DNA of 64,000 nucleotides, taken from the IMG/VR virus record IMGVR_UViG_3300033068_001495, positions 522 through 64,521 of that record, one strand, 5' to 3'. Positions within the stretch are counted from its first letter, which is position 1, and each line of letters begins with the position of its first letter. The stretch is from a virus (taxonomy: Duplodnaviria; Caudoviricetes). Both the position numbers and the translations under genes were made by a program. Under the pieces are notes generated by a model. It did no database searches, had not been told where the DNA came from, and saw only the letters and a program-made list of their open reading frames with translations. Below are positions 35,898 through 45,815 of the stretch, piece by piece.

Positions 35898-36485
35898 ATG
35901 GCACCCAGCACGATCGTCGAGGCGTTCAGCCTCACCCACGCCCAGATCCTCGACGGAGCGACCGCCTTCGGCTCGGTCGGCACCGGCGCCGGAGAGTGGG
36001 GCGACATCTACGGCGTCAACGACGCGTCGCTCGACCCCGACTCGGACAGCTACGACAACGAGGGTGACGACGCCGTCCTCTCGACGTGGAACTGGCTGAA
36101 CAAGGCCGAGCTGACCGTCCAGGCTGGCTACCTGTCGTTCGCTCTGATCTCGAACCTGACCGGTCGCGCCATCAGCTCCTCGGGCACGGACGACTCGATC
36201 GTGTACGGCATGGACCTCTGGCACGAGGACGACTTCAACACGCCGCGCCGCCCGATGATCATCCGCATGCCGTCGAAGGACCACCTCGGCGCCGTCCGGT
36301 ACCTCGACATCGGCCTGTACTCCGTGTCGTTCTCGCCGATCACGTTCGACGGCCCGACCTACAAGGACGGCCTGAAGATCAACTACGGCGGCCAGGCGCT
36401 GATGAGCACCGTCGACGAGCTGGGCGTCGCGTTCGCCGACGGCAAGAAGCGCATCGGCAAGCTCATCAGCAAGCCGATCAGCTGA
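35898..36485 (+). CDS. major tail (tube) protein
   Basis: DIYGVNDASLDPD.DSYDNEGDD..LS.W; AGGAG RBS; precedes the chaperone and tape measure genes. Confidence 0.8.
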   Translation: MAPSTIVEAFSLTHAQILDGATAFGSVGTGAGEWGDIYGVNDASLDPDSDSYDNEGDDAVLSTWNWLNKAELTVQAGYLSFALISNLTGRAISSSGTDDSIVYGMDLWHEDDFNTPRRPMIIRMPSKDHLGAVRYLDIGLYSVSFSPITFDGPTYKDGLKINYGGQALMSTVDELGVAFADGKKRIGKLISKPIS

Positions 36486-36510
36486 CCAACCGCAACACCA
36501 GGAGACAACC

Positions 36511-37062
36511 ATGACTGACACGATCAGCGACACTCCCACCCCGGACACCGCGGAGGCGACGCCACCGGCGCCACCCTCCCCGCCGTCCGAGTCTGACCTC
36601 GGCGAGATCCTGCCCGACCCCGGGGCCCCGTTCCGCATCGGCGCGGCGGCCCCGGACGGCGGGGTCATGGTGCAGGTGAACCGGCTGAAGACCCGCGAGT
36701 TCCTCGCTCTGATGAAGTTCCTCACCGCCGGGCTCGCGCCCACGCTCGGCGACCTGGACTTCAGCCAGGACCCCGAGGAGATGGCCGGGGAGATGCTCGG
36801 GATGCTCATCATCGCGGTGCCCAACGCCGCCGACGAGTTCATCGACTTCGTCGGGGCCGTCACGGTGCCGGTCGGCAAGAGCCCCGAGGACGCCGCGAAG
36901 GCGAAGCGCGAGTTGGACAACCTCGACCCGGACGACCTGCTGGAGATCGCCGAGCGCGTCGTCACGCAGGAAGCGCCCGACATCCAACGGCTCATGGGAA
37001 AAGTCCAGGCGATGTGGGGCCGGATGCAGAAGGTCTACGCGAGGTCCCGGCCCGCTGGCTGA
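36511..37062 (+). CDS. tail assembly chaperone (G-like)
   Basis: Position between tail tube and tape measure; contains a slippery site. Confidence 0.8.
   Translation: MTDTISDTPTPDTAEATPPAPPSPPSESDLGEILPDPGAPFRIGAAAPDGGVMVQVNRLKTREFLALMKFLTAGLAPTLGDLDFSQDPEEMAGEMLGMLIIAVPNAADEFIDFVGAVTVPVGKSPEDAAKAKRELDNLDPDDLLEIAERVVTQEAPDIQRLMGKVQAMWGRMQKVYARSRPAG
36996..37002 (+). other. -1 programmed ribosomal frameshift site GGGAAAA
   Basis: In-frame G GGA AAA; the -1 frame is open from 37002 to the stop at 37373. Confidence 0.8.
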
Positions 37063-37373
37063 ACCGGCCGTTCGCCGCGACGTTCGATCTGATCCTCTCC
37101 GAATACGCCGGGTACACCGACGAAACGATCCTCGACCTGACCCTCGGCCGTATTCACCAGATGCGGTCGGTGATCCTGGAGCGCCGCAAGGAAGAGCACC
37201 AGCGTGATCTCGAAGTGGAGGAGGTGAAACTTCAGCACATTTGCTCGGCGGTCCACGGGGCCGCGGGCTTCAAAGACGGGGTCAAGGCTGCGAGCAAGAT
37301 CCAACTGTACGAACGGGAGAAGCGCATCATCATCCCGTCCATGGCAGAGGTGACGAGGATGTTCGGTGTCTGA
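37002..37373 (+). CDS. tail assembly chaperone frameshift extension (T-like)
   Basis: -1 frame relative to 36511; ILSEYAGYTDETILDLTL pattern. Confidence 0.75.
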   Translation, partial: SPGDVGPDAEGLREVPARWLNRPFAATFDLILSEYAGYTDETILDLTLGRIHQMRSVILERRKEEHQRDLEVEEVKLQHICSAVHGAAGFKDGVKAASKIQLYEREKRIIIPSMAEVTRMFGV

Positions 37374-40300
37374 AGTAGGTTCCGCGAGTTTCAAGGCGAA
37401 GGGCGAGTTCCGCTCCCTGTTCACGCAGGCGAAGCGGCTCGCCGCCGCCCTCCGTGACGTCGCCGATGCCCGCCGTGAAGCGTCCGGCGATGTCGAGTTG
37501 GGGATCGACGCGAAGGGCCTGAAGAAGCGGGTCAAGGCGGCCGTCGAGGACGCGTCGAAGGGTGTCCAGGCAGACATCGAGGTCGAGCCCGACGCGTCGA
37601 AGTTCGAACGCAAGCTGCGCGCCGGGGCGGAGAAGGCCTCCAAGCGGGTCAAGGCGAACGTCGACGTCGACCCGAACCTCGACAGGTTCGAGGAGCAGGT
37701 CGACCAGCAGACCCGCAAGAAGCGCAAGCCGATCGAGGTCCCGGTCGCCCCCGACACCGGCGGGTTCAACGAGAAGGTCAAGCAGGAGACGCAGAAGCGT
37801 CAGGCGCCGGTCGAGGTCCCGGTCGAGCCGAAGACCGATCGGTTCATGGCCAGCCTGACCCGGGCCGTGAAGGACTTCGAGCGGCGCGCCGAGTCGATCA
37901 AGATCTCGACCGTCGTCGATCAGACCGGCGTGACGGAGGGGCTGCGCAGGCTGCAGGTCGAGACGGCGTCGGGCAAGTACACCATCACGATCCCGGCGGA
38001 TCTCGACGGTGACCATCTGGCGGCCGAGGTCGCGCGCCAAGTCAAGATCGCCGAGGCCCGCGCTGGGTCGATCGATGTCCCCGTCGACGCCAAGGACACG
38101 GGGCTGCGTCGCAAGGTCGGGCTGATGGCGCGGCTCGCCGGGGTGGGCCAGAAGATCAACGTCCCGGTCGACGCCGACACGACCCCGATCCGTGGTGCGT
38201 TCAAGGGGCTGGCCGCGTCGCTGAACATCGGCGCGCTGGGCTCCGCCATCGTGTCGCTCCTGAAGCTCCCTGCGATCGTCACCGGCGCGCAGCTGTTGTC
38301 GGGTGCCCTGTCGTCCGTCGGGTCGGCCGCGGTGGGCGCAGCGTCCGCCGTGGGCCCGCTGCTGGGCTTGCTGGCCACACTCCCGTCGCTGGCCGCCGGG
38401 ATCGGTGGTGCGGTCGGTGCCGTGAAGCTGGCGTTCATGGGCGTCGGCGATGCCCTGAAGGCGTACACGAAGCAGCAGGACGGCGCCGGGAAGGCCGCCG
38501 CGTCGTCGGCCAAGTCCGATGCGGCGTCGGCGAAGCAGCGGCAGGCAGCGGCCCGCCAGGTGCAGAAGGCGCAGGAGGCGCTCGGTGACGCGCAGAAGCG
38601 GGCCGCCGAGCTGCAGGTTGCCGCCCAAGAGCGCGTTGTTTCGGCTCAGCGCGGCGTCGTCGACGCGATCCGCCGGGTGGCCACCGCCGAGCGCGGGCTG
38701 GCGTCGGCGCAGAAGTCGAGCCTCCGGGCCCAGCAGGCGCTCAACGATGCTCGCGCCGAAGCAGTCGAACAGCTGGAGGATCTGCGGCGCACCACCGCTC
38801 GGAACGCGCTCGACGAGGAGCGCGCCGTCCTCGACATCGCCGACGCCCGAGCCAACCTGGCGAAGGTCAACGCCGACCCCGAGTCGTCGCCCGAGGACCG
38901 CCAGCGCGCGGTCCTCGACCTGCGCGACGCCGAGCTGAACCTCCTCGACGTCCAGGACCGCCGGGCAGATGACCTGGCTGACCTGAACAAGGCGGAGAAG
39001 AAGGGGATCGAGAACGCCGACGGTGTGATCGCGGCGAAGGAAGGCATCGTCGATGCCGACCAGGCCGTCGCCGACGCTGCACTCGAAGTGCAGGATGCGA
39101 ATCAGGGTGTGCTCGACGCGCAGGTCGAGTTGGCCAAGGCTCAGCAGGGCATCGCCGACGCGCAGGTCGAAGGCGCCCGGATGGTGCGCGACGCGCAAGA
39201 AGGCGTGGCCGACGCCATCCAGGCCGTCGCCGACGCCGCCGCGGACCTGGCGTCCGGCGGAGCGGGCGGGGTCGACGCGTTCGCCGAGGCCATGGCGAAG
39301 CTACCCCCCAGCGCGCAGGCGTTCGTCCGGTACCTGATCAGTCTGCAGCCGTTGCTCGAACGGCTGAAGACCATCGCCGCGGACAACCTGTTCCCGGGCC
39401 TCACCGTCGGCCTCAGCAACCTGATCACGCTGATGCCTATCGCGGAGCGGCTCACCGCCAGGTTCGCCAGCGCGGTCGGCGCCGCTGCGGCCGACATCTC
39501 GACGCTCGCGCTGGAGCCCCAGTTCCAGCGCGATCTCGAAGAGCTGGGCAACGCCGGTACCGACGCGCTGACCTCGGTCGCGCAGGGTGCGAAGGATCTG
39601 TTCCGCTCACTCGTCGGGGTCGGTGCCGAGGGCGGCAACCTGACGCGCTGGCTCGGCGACTACGTGAAGGGCCTGCTGCAGACGGAGTCGGCCAACCTCG
39701 ACGCCGGTCGCGCCAGCGGCAAGATGGCCGAGTTCTTCAAGGAGACGCAGTTCGTCACGGGCTCGCTGCTCGACTCGCTCGTCGATCTGATCCACGTCAT
39801 CATCGACGTCGGCGCCGAGGCCTACGACGTCATCGGCCGCGACCTCGTGACCCTCCTGAAGGAGGGCACCGCCCGGCTGCGCGAGTTCACCGGGAGCGTC
39901 GAGGGCAAGAACAAGATCCGCCAGTTCTTCGAGGACGCCAAGCCTGCCATCTGGGAGATGGGGCGGCTCGTCGGCGCGGTGGTCGAGATGTTCGCCCGCC
40001 TCGGTGCGAACAAGGATCTCGCCCCCCTCATCAAGCAGATCCGCGAGGATCTGTTGCCCGTCGTCGAGAAGTTGCTGTCCGGTGACAGCAGCGCGTTCGC
40101 CTCGTCGATCATCGACCTGGCCAAGTCCGTCGGCGAGCTGATCTCCGTGGCGGGCGGGCCGGGTGGGTCGCTGACCGTGTTCGTCGACACCATGGCGCAG
40201 ATCGTCGAGACAGTCGCGTGGCTGGCCGAGCACGTGCCCGGGTTCTCGAACTTCGTGACCGTCCTGGCGATCCTCGCTGGCGTGTCGAAGGCCGTGCAGT

Positions 40301-42189
40301 TCACCGGGTTCATCACTGGCGGCACGCAGCTCGTCAAGATTTTCTCGAAGAAGAACGCCGACGGGGTGTCGGCTTTCTCGAAGGCCATGGAGCTGGCGGG
40401 CGGCGCGAGCAAGAAGGCCGGTCAGGGGATCAGCTCGGCGCTCGGGTTCATCGCGAAGGGGTTCGCCTCGGCGTCGCGCGCCATCGCCGCCAACCCGATC
40501 GCCGCCGCGATCCTGATCATCATCGCGGCCATCATCGTCCTCGCCTACGTCGTCTATCGGAACTGGGACACGATCGTCGAGACGTGGAACACAGCGCTCA
40601 TCGCGCTCGGTCTGCTGTGGGGTAAGTACGGCCAGCCGATCGTCGACACCATCGTCGCCGCGTGGGACGTGCTGTTCGCCAAGACGAAGGAGGTCTGGGG
40701 CAAGATCAGCGACTTCCTGAAGGAGTGGTGGCCGACCGTCGTGGCCCTCATCGTCGGGGGACCCATCGGTGCACTCGTCGTCGCGATCGTCACCCACTGG
40801 GACGAGATCAAGGCGAAGACGTCCGAAATCTGGGAGTCGATCCGAGCCGTCATCGCCGAGAAGATCGATGCCATTCGGGCGACCGTCGAAGAGAAGATCG
40901 CCATCGTGCGGGGCCTGTGGGACGCCTTCCTGGCGTTCGTCGGCGCCAAGTGGGATGCAGCATGGCTGTGGGTCGAACAACGCATCCAGACGGCCGGTGC
41001 GATCATCAGCGGGATCGTCGCGTACATCGTCGGTTGGGTGCAGGGCCAGTGGGACTCGTTCCTGCAGTTCCTGTCGAACACCTGGAACGCGGCATGGACC
41101 TGGATCGTCGGGTCAGCATCGACCTTCGGTGAGCAGATCAAAGCGGCCATCGGCGATGCGCTCGGGTGGGTCCAGGATCGGTGGGACTCCGTGTGGGGCG
41201 GGCTCAGCAGCGGGTTCTCCGGGGTGTGGTCGACGCTGCAGCAGGCCACGCGCGACGGCATCAACGGGATCATCAGCATCCTGAACGGGCTGATCCGGGG
41301 TGCGAACTCGGTCATGTCGCGGCTGCCAGGCGGCATCCAGATCAGCGAGATCAGCACCCGGTTCGCCGAAGGTGGCGAGGTGCCCGGTCGTGGCCAGGGC
41401 GACACCGTGCCCGCCATGCTCACGCCGAAGGAGTACGTCAACACCGTCGACACCGTGCGCCGCGAGGGCGTCGGTGCGTTCCACGCGCTCAACCGCGGCA
41501 TGGCCACCATCACCCCGATCGACCAGGCGCGCCGCAAGAAGTACGCGAAGGGCGGCCAGGTCGGCCGGGCTCGCGGTACCCAGCGGTTCGCCAAGGGCGG
41601 CGTCGTCAAGGACGTCCTGTCGCTCCCCGTCGACATCGCGAAGGGCTCCGCGGCAGGGGCCACCTCGGCGCTCGTGAAGTCGGCGTGGTCGGCGGCGAAG
41701 GCAGCGGCCACCACCGCGCTGGACCAGATCCCGGCTCGGGACAAGATCCCCGGCGCGGTCGGAGCGGCATCGGGCGCCCGCATCCTGCAGCAGGTCGACA
41801 AGTACATCTCGGAGCAGACGGTCAACCTCGACCGTGCCGCCGTGCAGGCCGCGGTCGACATCGCGAAGCTCGCAGCGCAGGCGAAGAACGCAGCATCGAT
41901 CGTCGTCCGGCATCAGGGTGGCGGCGTCGGGATCAACCCGTCGACCGACGTGCTCGCGCTGCTACAGCGCGGCGAAGGTGTCATGTCGGCCAAGGCGGTC
42001 GGGGCCGCCGAGCAGAAGCTGTCGACCGGCGGCGCGACCCGCAGCCCCGTTGGCAACTCGACGAACCACACCGTCATCAACATCGAGATCAACAACCCGG
42101 TCGGCGAGACGTCGGAGCAGTCGCTGCACCGGTCGCTCCAGAAGCTCGCCGTGCACGGCGTGCTGCCCGACCTCGGAGAGACAGCATGA
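37366..42189 (+). CDS. tape measure protein (1607 aa)
   Basis: Ala-rich helical, TM segments, periodic Trp repeats, C-terminal FAEGG..PG.G..DTVPAMLTP.EYV. Confidence 0.93.
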   Translation: MSEVGSASFKAKGEFRSLFTQAKRLAAALRDVADARREASGDVELGIDAKGLKKRVKAAVEDASKGVQADIEVEPDASKFERKLRAGAEKASKRVKANVDVDPNLDRFEEQVDQQTRKKRKPIEVPVAPDTGGFNEKVKQETQKRQAPVEVPVEPKTDRFMASLTRAVKDFERRAESIKISTVVDQTGVTEGLRRLQVETASGKYTITIPADLDGDHLAAEVARQVKIAEARAGSIDVPVDAKDTGLRRKVGLMARLAGVGQKINVPVDADTTPIRGAFKGLAASLNIGALGSAIVSLLKLPAIVTGAQLLSGALSSVGSAAVGAASAVGPLLGLLATLPSLAAGIGGAVGAVKLAFMGVGDALKAYTKQQDGAGKAAASSAKSDAASAKQRQAAARQVQKAQEALGDAQKRAAELQVAAQERVVSAQRGVVDAIRRVATAERGLASAQKSSLRAQQALNDARAEAVEQLEDLRRTTARNALDEERAVLDIADARANLAKVNADPESSPEDRQRAVLDLRDAELNLLDVQDRRADDLADLNKAEKKGIENADGVIAAKEGIVDADQAVADAALEVQDANQGVLDAQVELAKAQQGIADAQVEGARMVRDAQEGVADAIQAVADAAADLASGGAGGVDAFAEAMAKLPPSAQAFVRYLISLQPLLERLKTIAADNLFPGLTVGLSNLITLMPIAERLTARFASAVGAAAADISTLALEPQFQRDLEELGNAGTDALTSVAQGAKDLFRSLVGVGAEGGNLTRWLGDYVKGLLQTESANLDAGRASGKMAEFFKETQFVTGSLLDSLVDLIHVIIDVGAEAYDVIGRDLVTLLKEGTARLREFTGSVEGKNKIRQFFEDAKPAIWEMGRLVGAVVEMFARLGANKDLAPLIKQIREDLLPVVEKLLSGDSSAFASSIIDLAKSVGELISVAGGPGGSLTVFVDTMAQIVETVAWLAEHVPGFSNFVTVLAILAGVSKAVQFTGFITGGTQLVKIFSKKNADGVSAFSKAMELAGGASKKAGQGISSALGFIAKGFASASRAIAANPIAAAILIIIAAIIVLAYVVYRNWDTIVETWNTALIALGLLWGKYGQPIVDTIVAAWDVLFAKTKEVWGKISDFLKEWWPTVVALIVGGPIGALVVAIVTHWDEIKAKTSEIWESIRAVIAEKIDAIRATVEEKIAIVRGLWDAFLAFVGAKWDAAWLWVEQRIQTAGAIISGIVAYIVGWVQGQWDSFLQFLSNTWNAAWTWIVGSASTFGEQIKAAIGDALGWVQDRWDSVWGGLSSGFSGVWSTLQQATRDGINGIISILNGLIRGANSVMSRLPGGIQISEISTRFAEGGEVPGRGQGDTVPAMLTPKEYVNTVDTVRREGVGAFHALNRGMATITPIDQARRKKYAKGGQVGRARGTQRFAKGGVVKDVLSLPVDIAKGSAAGATSALVKSAWSAAKAAATTALDQIPARDKIPGAVGAASGARILQQVDKYISEQTVNLDRAAVQAAVDIAKLAAQAKNAASIVVRHQGGGVGINPSTDVLALLQRGEGVMSAKAVGAAEQKLSTGGATRSPVGNSTNHTVINIEINNPVGETSEQSLHRSLQKLAVHGVLPDLGETA

Positions 42190-43004
42190 TCGAGACGTGG
42201 ACCGTCGACGGGACCCTCCTGAACCGGATGGCCTACAACATCGAGACGTTCACCGGGCGCTCGTCGACACCGCCGGTGCGCGGCGACAACGTGCGGATCC
42301 CGTACCGCGAGGGGTCGTTGTGGCAGCCGAAGATGTTCGACGAGAACAAGGTGCTCCTGTCGATGTTCATCCTCGGGTGCAACCCCGACGGAACGATGCC
42401 GACCACCCACTCGCGGCGCGCCCAGTTCAACAAGAACCTGGAGCAGCTGCAGAAGCTGTTCGCTGTGCGGCACCGCGAGCTGTCGATCGTGAAGGTGAAG
42501 GACATGCCCGACGGGCCGCTCACCCTCACAGGGAGCGCCGGGTGCGACGAGACGACCGACCCGACCACCATGGCCGGGGGCACACGCGGTGTGATGACGG
42601 CGACGCTCACGATGGCCGACCCGTTCTGGTACGCACCGACCGCGACACACATCGTGACGTCGGCCGGACTGACCGCGGAGAACTCCGGGACGACCATCGC
42701 GAAGGACATGACCATCACGCTGACGGGTCCTCTGCTGAACCCGGCGCTGACGAACACGACCCTCGGGATCGCGCTCCGGTACTCCGGTGAGCTGACCGGC
42801 GGCCAGACCGTCGTTCTCGACACGGACGCCTTCACCGCGGTGGAGGGAACCTCGAACCGGATCGGGAACGTGACACACTCCGGGTCGGACCGGTGGATGG
42901 CGTTGCTCGACGGCGCCAACGAGATGACGCTGACCAACTGGCAAGGCGGGTCGGTCGGCGCCGGTACCGCGACCATCTCGTACAACCCACCCCACTTCAA
43001 CTGA
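42186..43004 (+). CDS. distal tail protein (Dit-like)
   Basis: Follows the tape measure gene; ADPFWY, ITLTGPLLNP, W..LLDGAN. Confidence 0.75.
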   Translation: MIETWTVDGTLLNRMAYNIETFTGRSSTPPVRGDNVRIPYREGSLWQPKMFDENKVLLSMFILGCNPDGTMPTTHSRRAQFNKNLEQLQKLFAVRHRELSIVKVKDMPDGPLTLTGSAGCDETTDPTTMAGGTRGVMTATLTMADPFWYAPTATHIVTSAGLTAENSGTTIAKDMTITLTGPLLNPALTNTTLGIALRYSGELTGGQTVVLDTDAFTAVEGTSNRIGNVTHSGSDRWMALLDGANEMTLTNWQGGSVGAGTATISYNPPHFN

Positions 43005-43014
43005 GGGAGGCCCA

Positions 43015-43377
43015 ATGGCCGGACTGAAGACCACCGACGCGAATTCGATCCTCGACGGACTGCTCACGGGCACGATGTACCTGGCGCTCTACACCGTCGC
43101 GCCGACCGCGACGGCTGCTGGCACCGAGGTCACCGGCGGGTCGTACGCACGCCAGCCGATCACGTTCTCCAGCGCGTCCAGTGGCGTGAAGGCCTCGTCC
43201 AACGGCCAGACGTTCCCCGCTGCGACGGCGACATGGGGGACGGTCGTCGCGTGGGCGATCTGCACCGCCAGCACCGGCGGATCCCAGAAGGCGTTCCGGG
43301 CCATCACGAGCGTCGTCATCAACTCGGGCGATCAGGTGGCAGCGTCGTCCGGCGCCATCAGCGCGACCCTGTCCTAG
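43015..43377 (+). CDS. minor tail protein
   Basis: YLALYTVAPT...EVTGGSYARQPITF...TFPAAT..WGTV pattern. Confidence 0.7.
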   Translation: MAGLKTTDANSILDGLLTGTMYLALYTVAPTATAAGTEVTGGSYARQPITFSSASSGVKASSNGQTFPAATATWGTVVAWAICTASTGGSQKAFRAITSVVINSGDQVAASSGAISATLS

Positions 43378-43384
43378 GTCCCGT

Positions 43385-45802
43385 GTGATCCCGATCAGCG
43401 GTTCCGTCGATGCGCAGTTCGCCACCTCTGGCGACCTGTCGATCATCGCGAAGATCCCCGCTTCGTCCGCTCAGTTCCAGTTCGGCACGAGCGGATCCAT
43501 CGCCAAGCGCGTCGAGATCGGCGGCGCCGCTGAGATGACCTTCAACACGACCGGCACCGACAAGCTCGTGCGCCGCGAGTTGCTTGTCGGTGCCGGGATC
43601 GAAGCGCAGGTCTACGATCTCGCCGATCCGAACGGGCCGATGCTCGGCGTGCTGAAGTACGTCGACCTGAAGTTCGAGGACGTCCTCTCCGACACCGGCT
43701 CCGCGACGATCACCCTCGACTACGCGTGGATCGGGCATCCGTGGCTCCTGAAGGACAACGTCGTCCGGTTCCTCGTTGAGGGTGTCGAGCGGTTCGCGGT
43801 CTTCATCGAAGACGTCATCGAAGTGCCCGTCGAGGAGTCCGAGAAGAAGTCGATCCAGATCATCGGCCGTGGGACCGGCAAGGTGCTGGAGTGGGCGGCC
43901 GTCGCCCCGGCCAACTTCCCAGTGTCGACCACCACGAAGCGCATCTGGAACGGCACGTCGCGCGGGCAGGCGCTGTACGACCTGTTCGAGGAGTTCAAAG
44001 CCCGCGGTGTCACTCCGTACGCGACGCGGGATTCGTGGGATCGGATCAGCTCCTCGAACGGCACGCCGTGGTCGACGTTGGTGGACCTGGAGTTCGACGC
44101 CGGTGGCTCGTACTTGGAGCTGCTGCAGTCGTGGGTCGACTTCGGGCTGGAGTGGCACATGGACTCGCGGTTCGGGCTCGCGCTCGCCCCCGAGATCAGC
44201 CGCGACCTGACCGGCATCGTCCGGCTGTACCCGGCGAACACCATCACCGGCATCACCAACACCACCACCCGCCGCGAGTTGCGCACCCGGCTGCTGACCG
44301 AGGACGGCTCCGGCAACGTCGTGGCCATCAGCGACCCGACCGCTCTGGACGAGTGGGGTGTGCGCGAGCAGTACGTCGTGTTCTCCGACGCGCTCGGCGA
44401 AGCGACCAGCACCGCGTCGGGCTACGCGCTGATGAACCTGATCAAGAACCAGATCATCGAGCGCGCCGTGAAGATCAACCCGCTCGTCCCGGGCCGTCGC
44501 CCGTTCGTCGACTTCGACATCGGCGACCTCGTCGGCGTCGTCATCGGAGGGACTGCGTTCGCGTTCCGGGTGTTGGCCATCGCCATGGCCGTCGACGAGA
44601 ACGGCAAGCTCACCGCCGAGATCACTCTCGACTACCTGCTCGAAGCCCAGCGGAAGCGCCGCGCTGCGCTGCTCAACGCCAGCAGCGCCGGTGGTGGCAC
44701 CAGTTCCGGACCGCAGATGGTCTACAAGGTCGACGGCCCCTTCCGGGCGTCACCTTCATCGTCGATCGTGTGCACCATGTCGATCGAGGCGTTCACGCCG
44801 ACCTACGGCAAGATGGGCTACACGTTGCGCGGCGTCGCGTCGGACCCGATGACGGTCACGGTCGACTTCATCTACGACGGCATCACCGTGAAGTCCTTCC
44901 CTCAGCAGATCCCCGCCCCGGGGCTCGACACCGTCGAGATCTCGTGGCTGTGGCTGGGCATTCCGCAGGGCTCGAAGCAGGTCTGGCTCAGGGTGACAAC
45001 GTCGACCGGGACGTTCGATGTCGGCGCCCAAGACGCTCAGCTGTGGGTCGAAGCGAAGGGGATCGCGGGGGCGACCCTCAACGGTGGCAACATCACCGTC
45101 GACGACATCGTGCCCGGCGGCAAGGCCACCGATCTCGTGACCGTGACGGAGTCGGTCGAGTTCTCCGACCTCGGCCTCCCCTTCACAGAGATCGGCGAGA
45201 CGGTCACGACCACCCCGTATCCGTCGGTGACGGACACGGTAGGCCCTGATCTTGACGGGGCCATCGTCCTCGGGGTCGACGCTCCGGTTCTGCTTGCTGC
45301 AGAAGACGGCTACACCACCGCGACTCCTTCGTTCACGTCGACCGGTACCGAGACGATCACCGGCAACGTCGCCGGGGTCGCGAACGGCGCGTTCTACCGT
45401 TTCGATCTGCCCTCCGGGATCGACCTCTCAGGGGTGGTCATCACCGACGCCTACCTGACGCTCGTCAGCACGCTCACATCCGCGGTGCTGGCCCGCACCC
45501 GGCTCACTCTCGCTGACGAAGCGGACCCGGCGGCGCCCACATCACGGGCCGACTTCACCGGGCGCGCCCGGGTCGGCGGATCCGCGTCGTGGGAGTCGGC
45601 GATGACCTCGGGAACCACCTATCGCACACCGTCGCTGGCCACGATGGTGCAGAGTCTCGTCGACTCGTACGGCGATCTCGAAGCCATCCTCGTGTTCCAC
45701 GAGAACGACGCCAGCCCCACGAACGGTCAGATGCGGTTCCGCTCGAAGGAAAACCCTCTGAGCACCCCACCGGTCCTCACGATCCAGTACATCATCCCGT
45801 AG
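43385..45802 (+). CDS. baseplate hub / Tal-like minor tail protein with C-terminal DNRLRE-like domain
   Basis: 805 aa; PFVDFDIGDLV hub motif; C-terminal F.FDL...ITDAYLTL...FRSKE...PPVLTIQY. Confidence 0.7.
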   Translation: MIPISGSVDAQFATSGDLSIIAKIPASSAQFQFGTSGSIAKRVEIGGAAEMTFNTTGTDKLVRRELLVGAGIEAQVYDLADPNGPMLGVLKYVDLKFEDVLSDTGSATITLDYAWIGHPWLLKDNVVRFLVEGVERFAVFIEDVIEVPVEESEKKSIQIIGRGTGKVLEWAAVAPANFPVSTTTKRIWNGTSRGQALYDLFEEFKARGVTPYATRDSWDRISSSNGTPWSTLVDLEFDAGGSYLELLQSWVDFGLEWHMDSRFGLALAPEISRDLTGIVRLYPANTITGITNTTTRRELRTRLLTEDGSGNVVAISDPTALDEWGVREQYVVFSDALGEATSTASGYALMNLIKNQIIERAVKINPLVPGRRPFVDFDIGDLVGVVIGGTAFAFRVLAIAMAVDENGKLTAEITLDYLLEAQRKRRAALLNASSAGGGTSSGPQMVYKVDGPFRASPSSSIVCTMSIEAFTPTYGKMGYTLRGVASDPMTVTVDFIYDGITVKSFPQQIPAPGLDTVEISWLWLGIPQGSKQVWLRVTTSTGTFDVGAQDAQLWVEAKGIAGATLNGGNITVDDIVPGGKATDLVTVTESVEFSDLGLPFTEIGETVTTTPYPSVTDTVGPDLDGAIVLGVDAPVLLAAEDGYTTATPSFTSTGTETITGNVAGVANGAFYRFDLPSGIDLSGVVITDAYLTLVSTLTSAVLARTRLTLADEADPAAPTSRADFTGRARVGGSASWESAMTSGTTYRTPSLATMVQSLVDSYGDLEAILVFHENDASPTNGQMRFRSKENPLSTPPVLTIQYIIP

Positions 45803-45815
45803 CTTGGAGCACGCC

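Noticed and set aside
40500-41260. Periodic Trp-containing repeats
   Set aside because: Normal tape measure repeats
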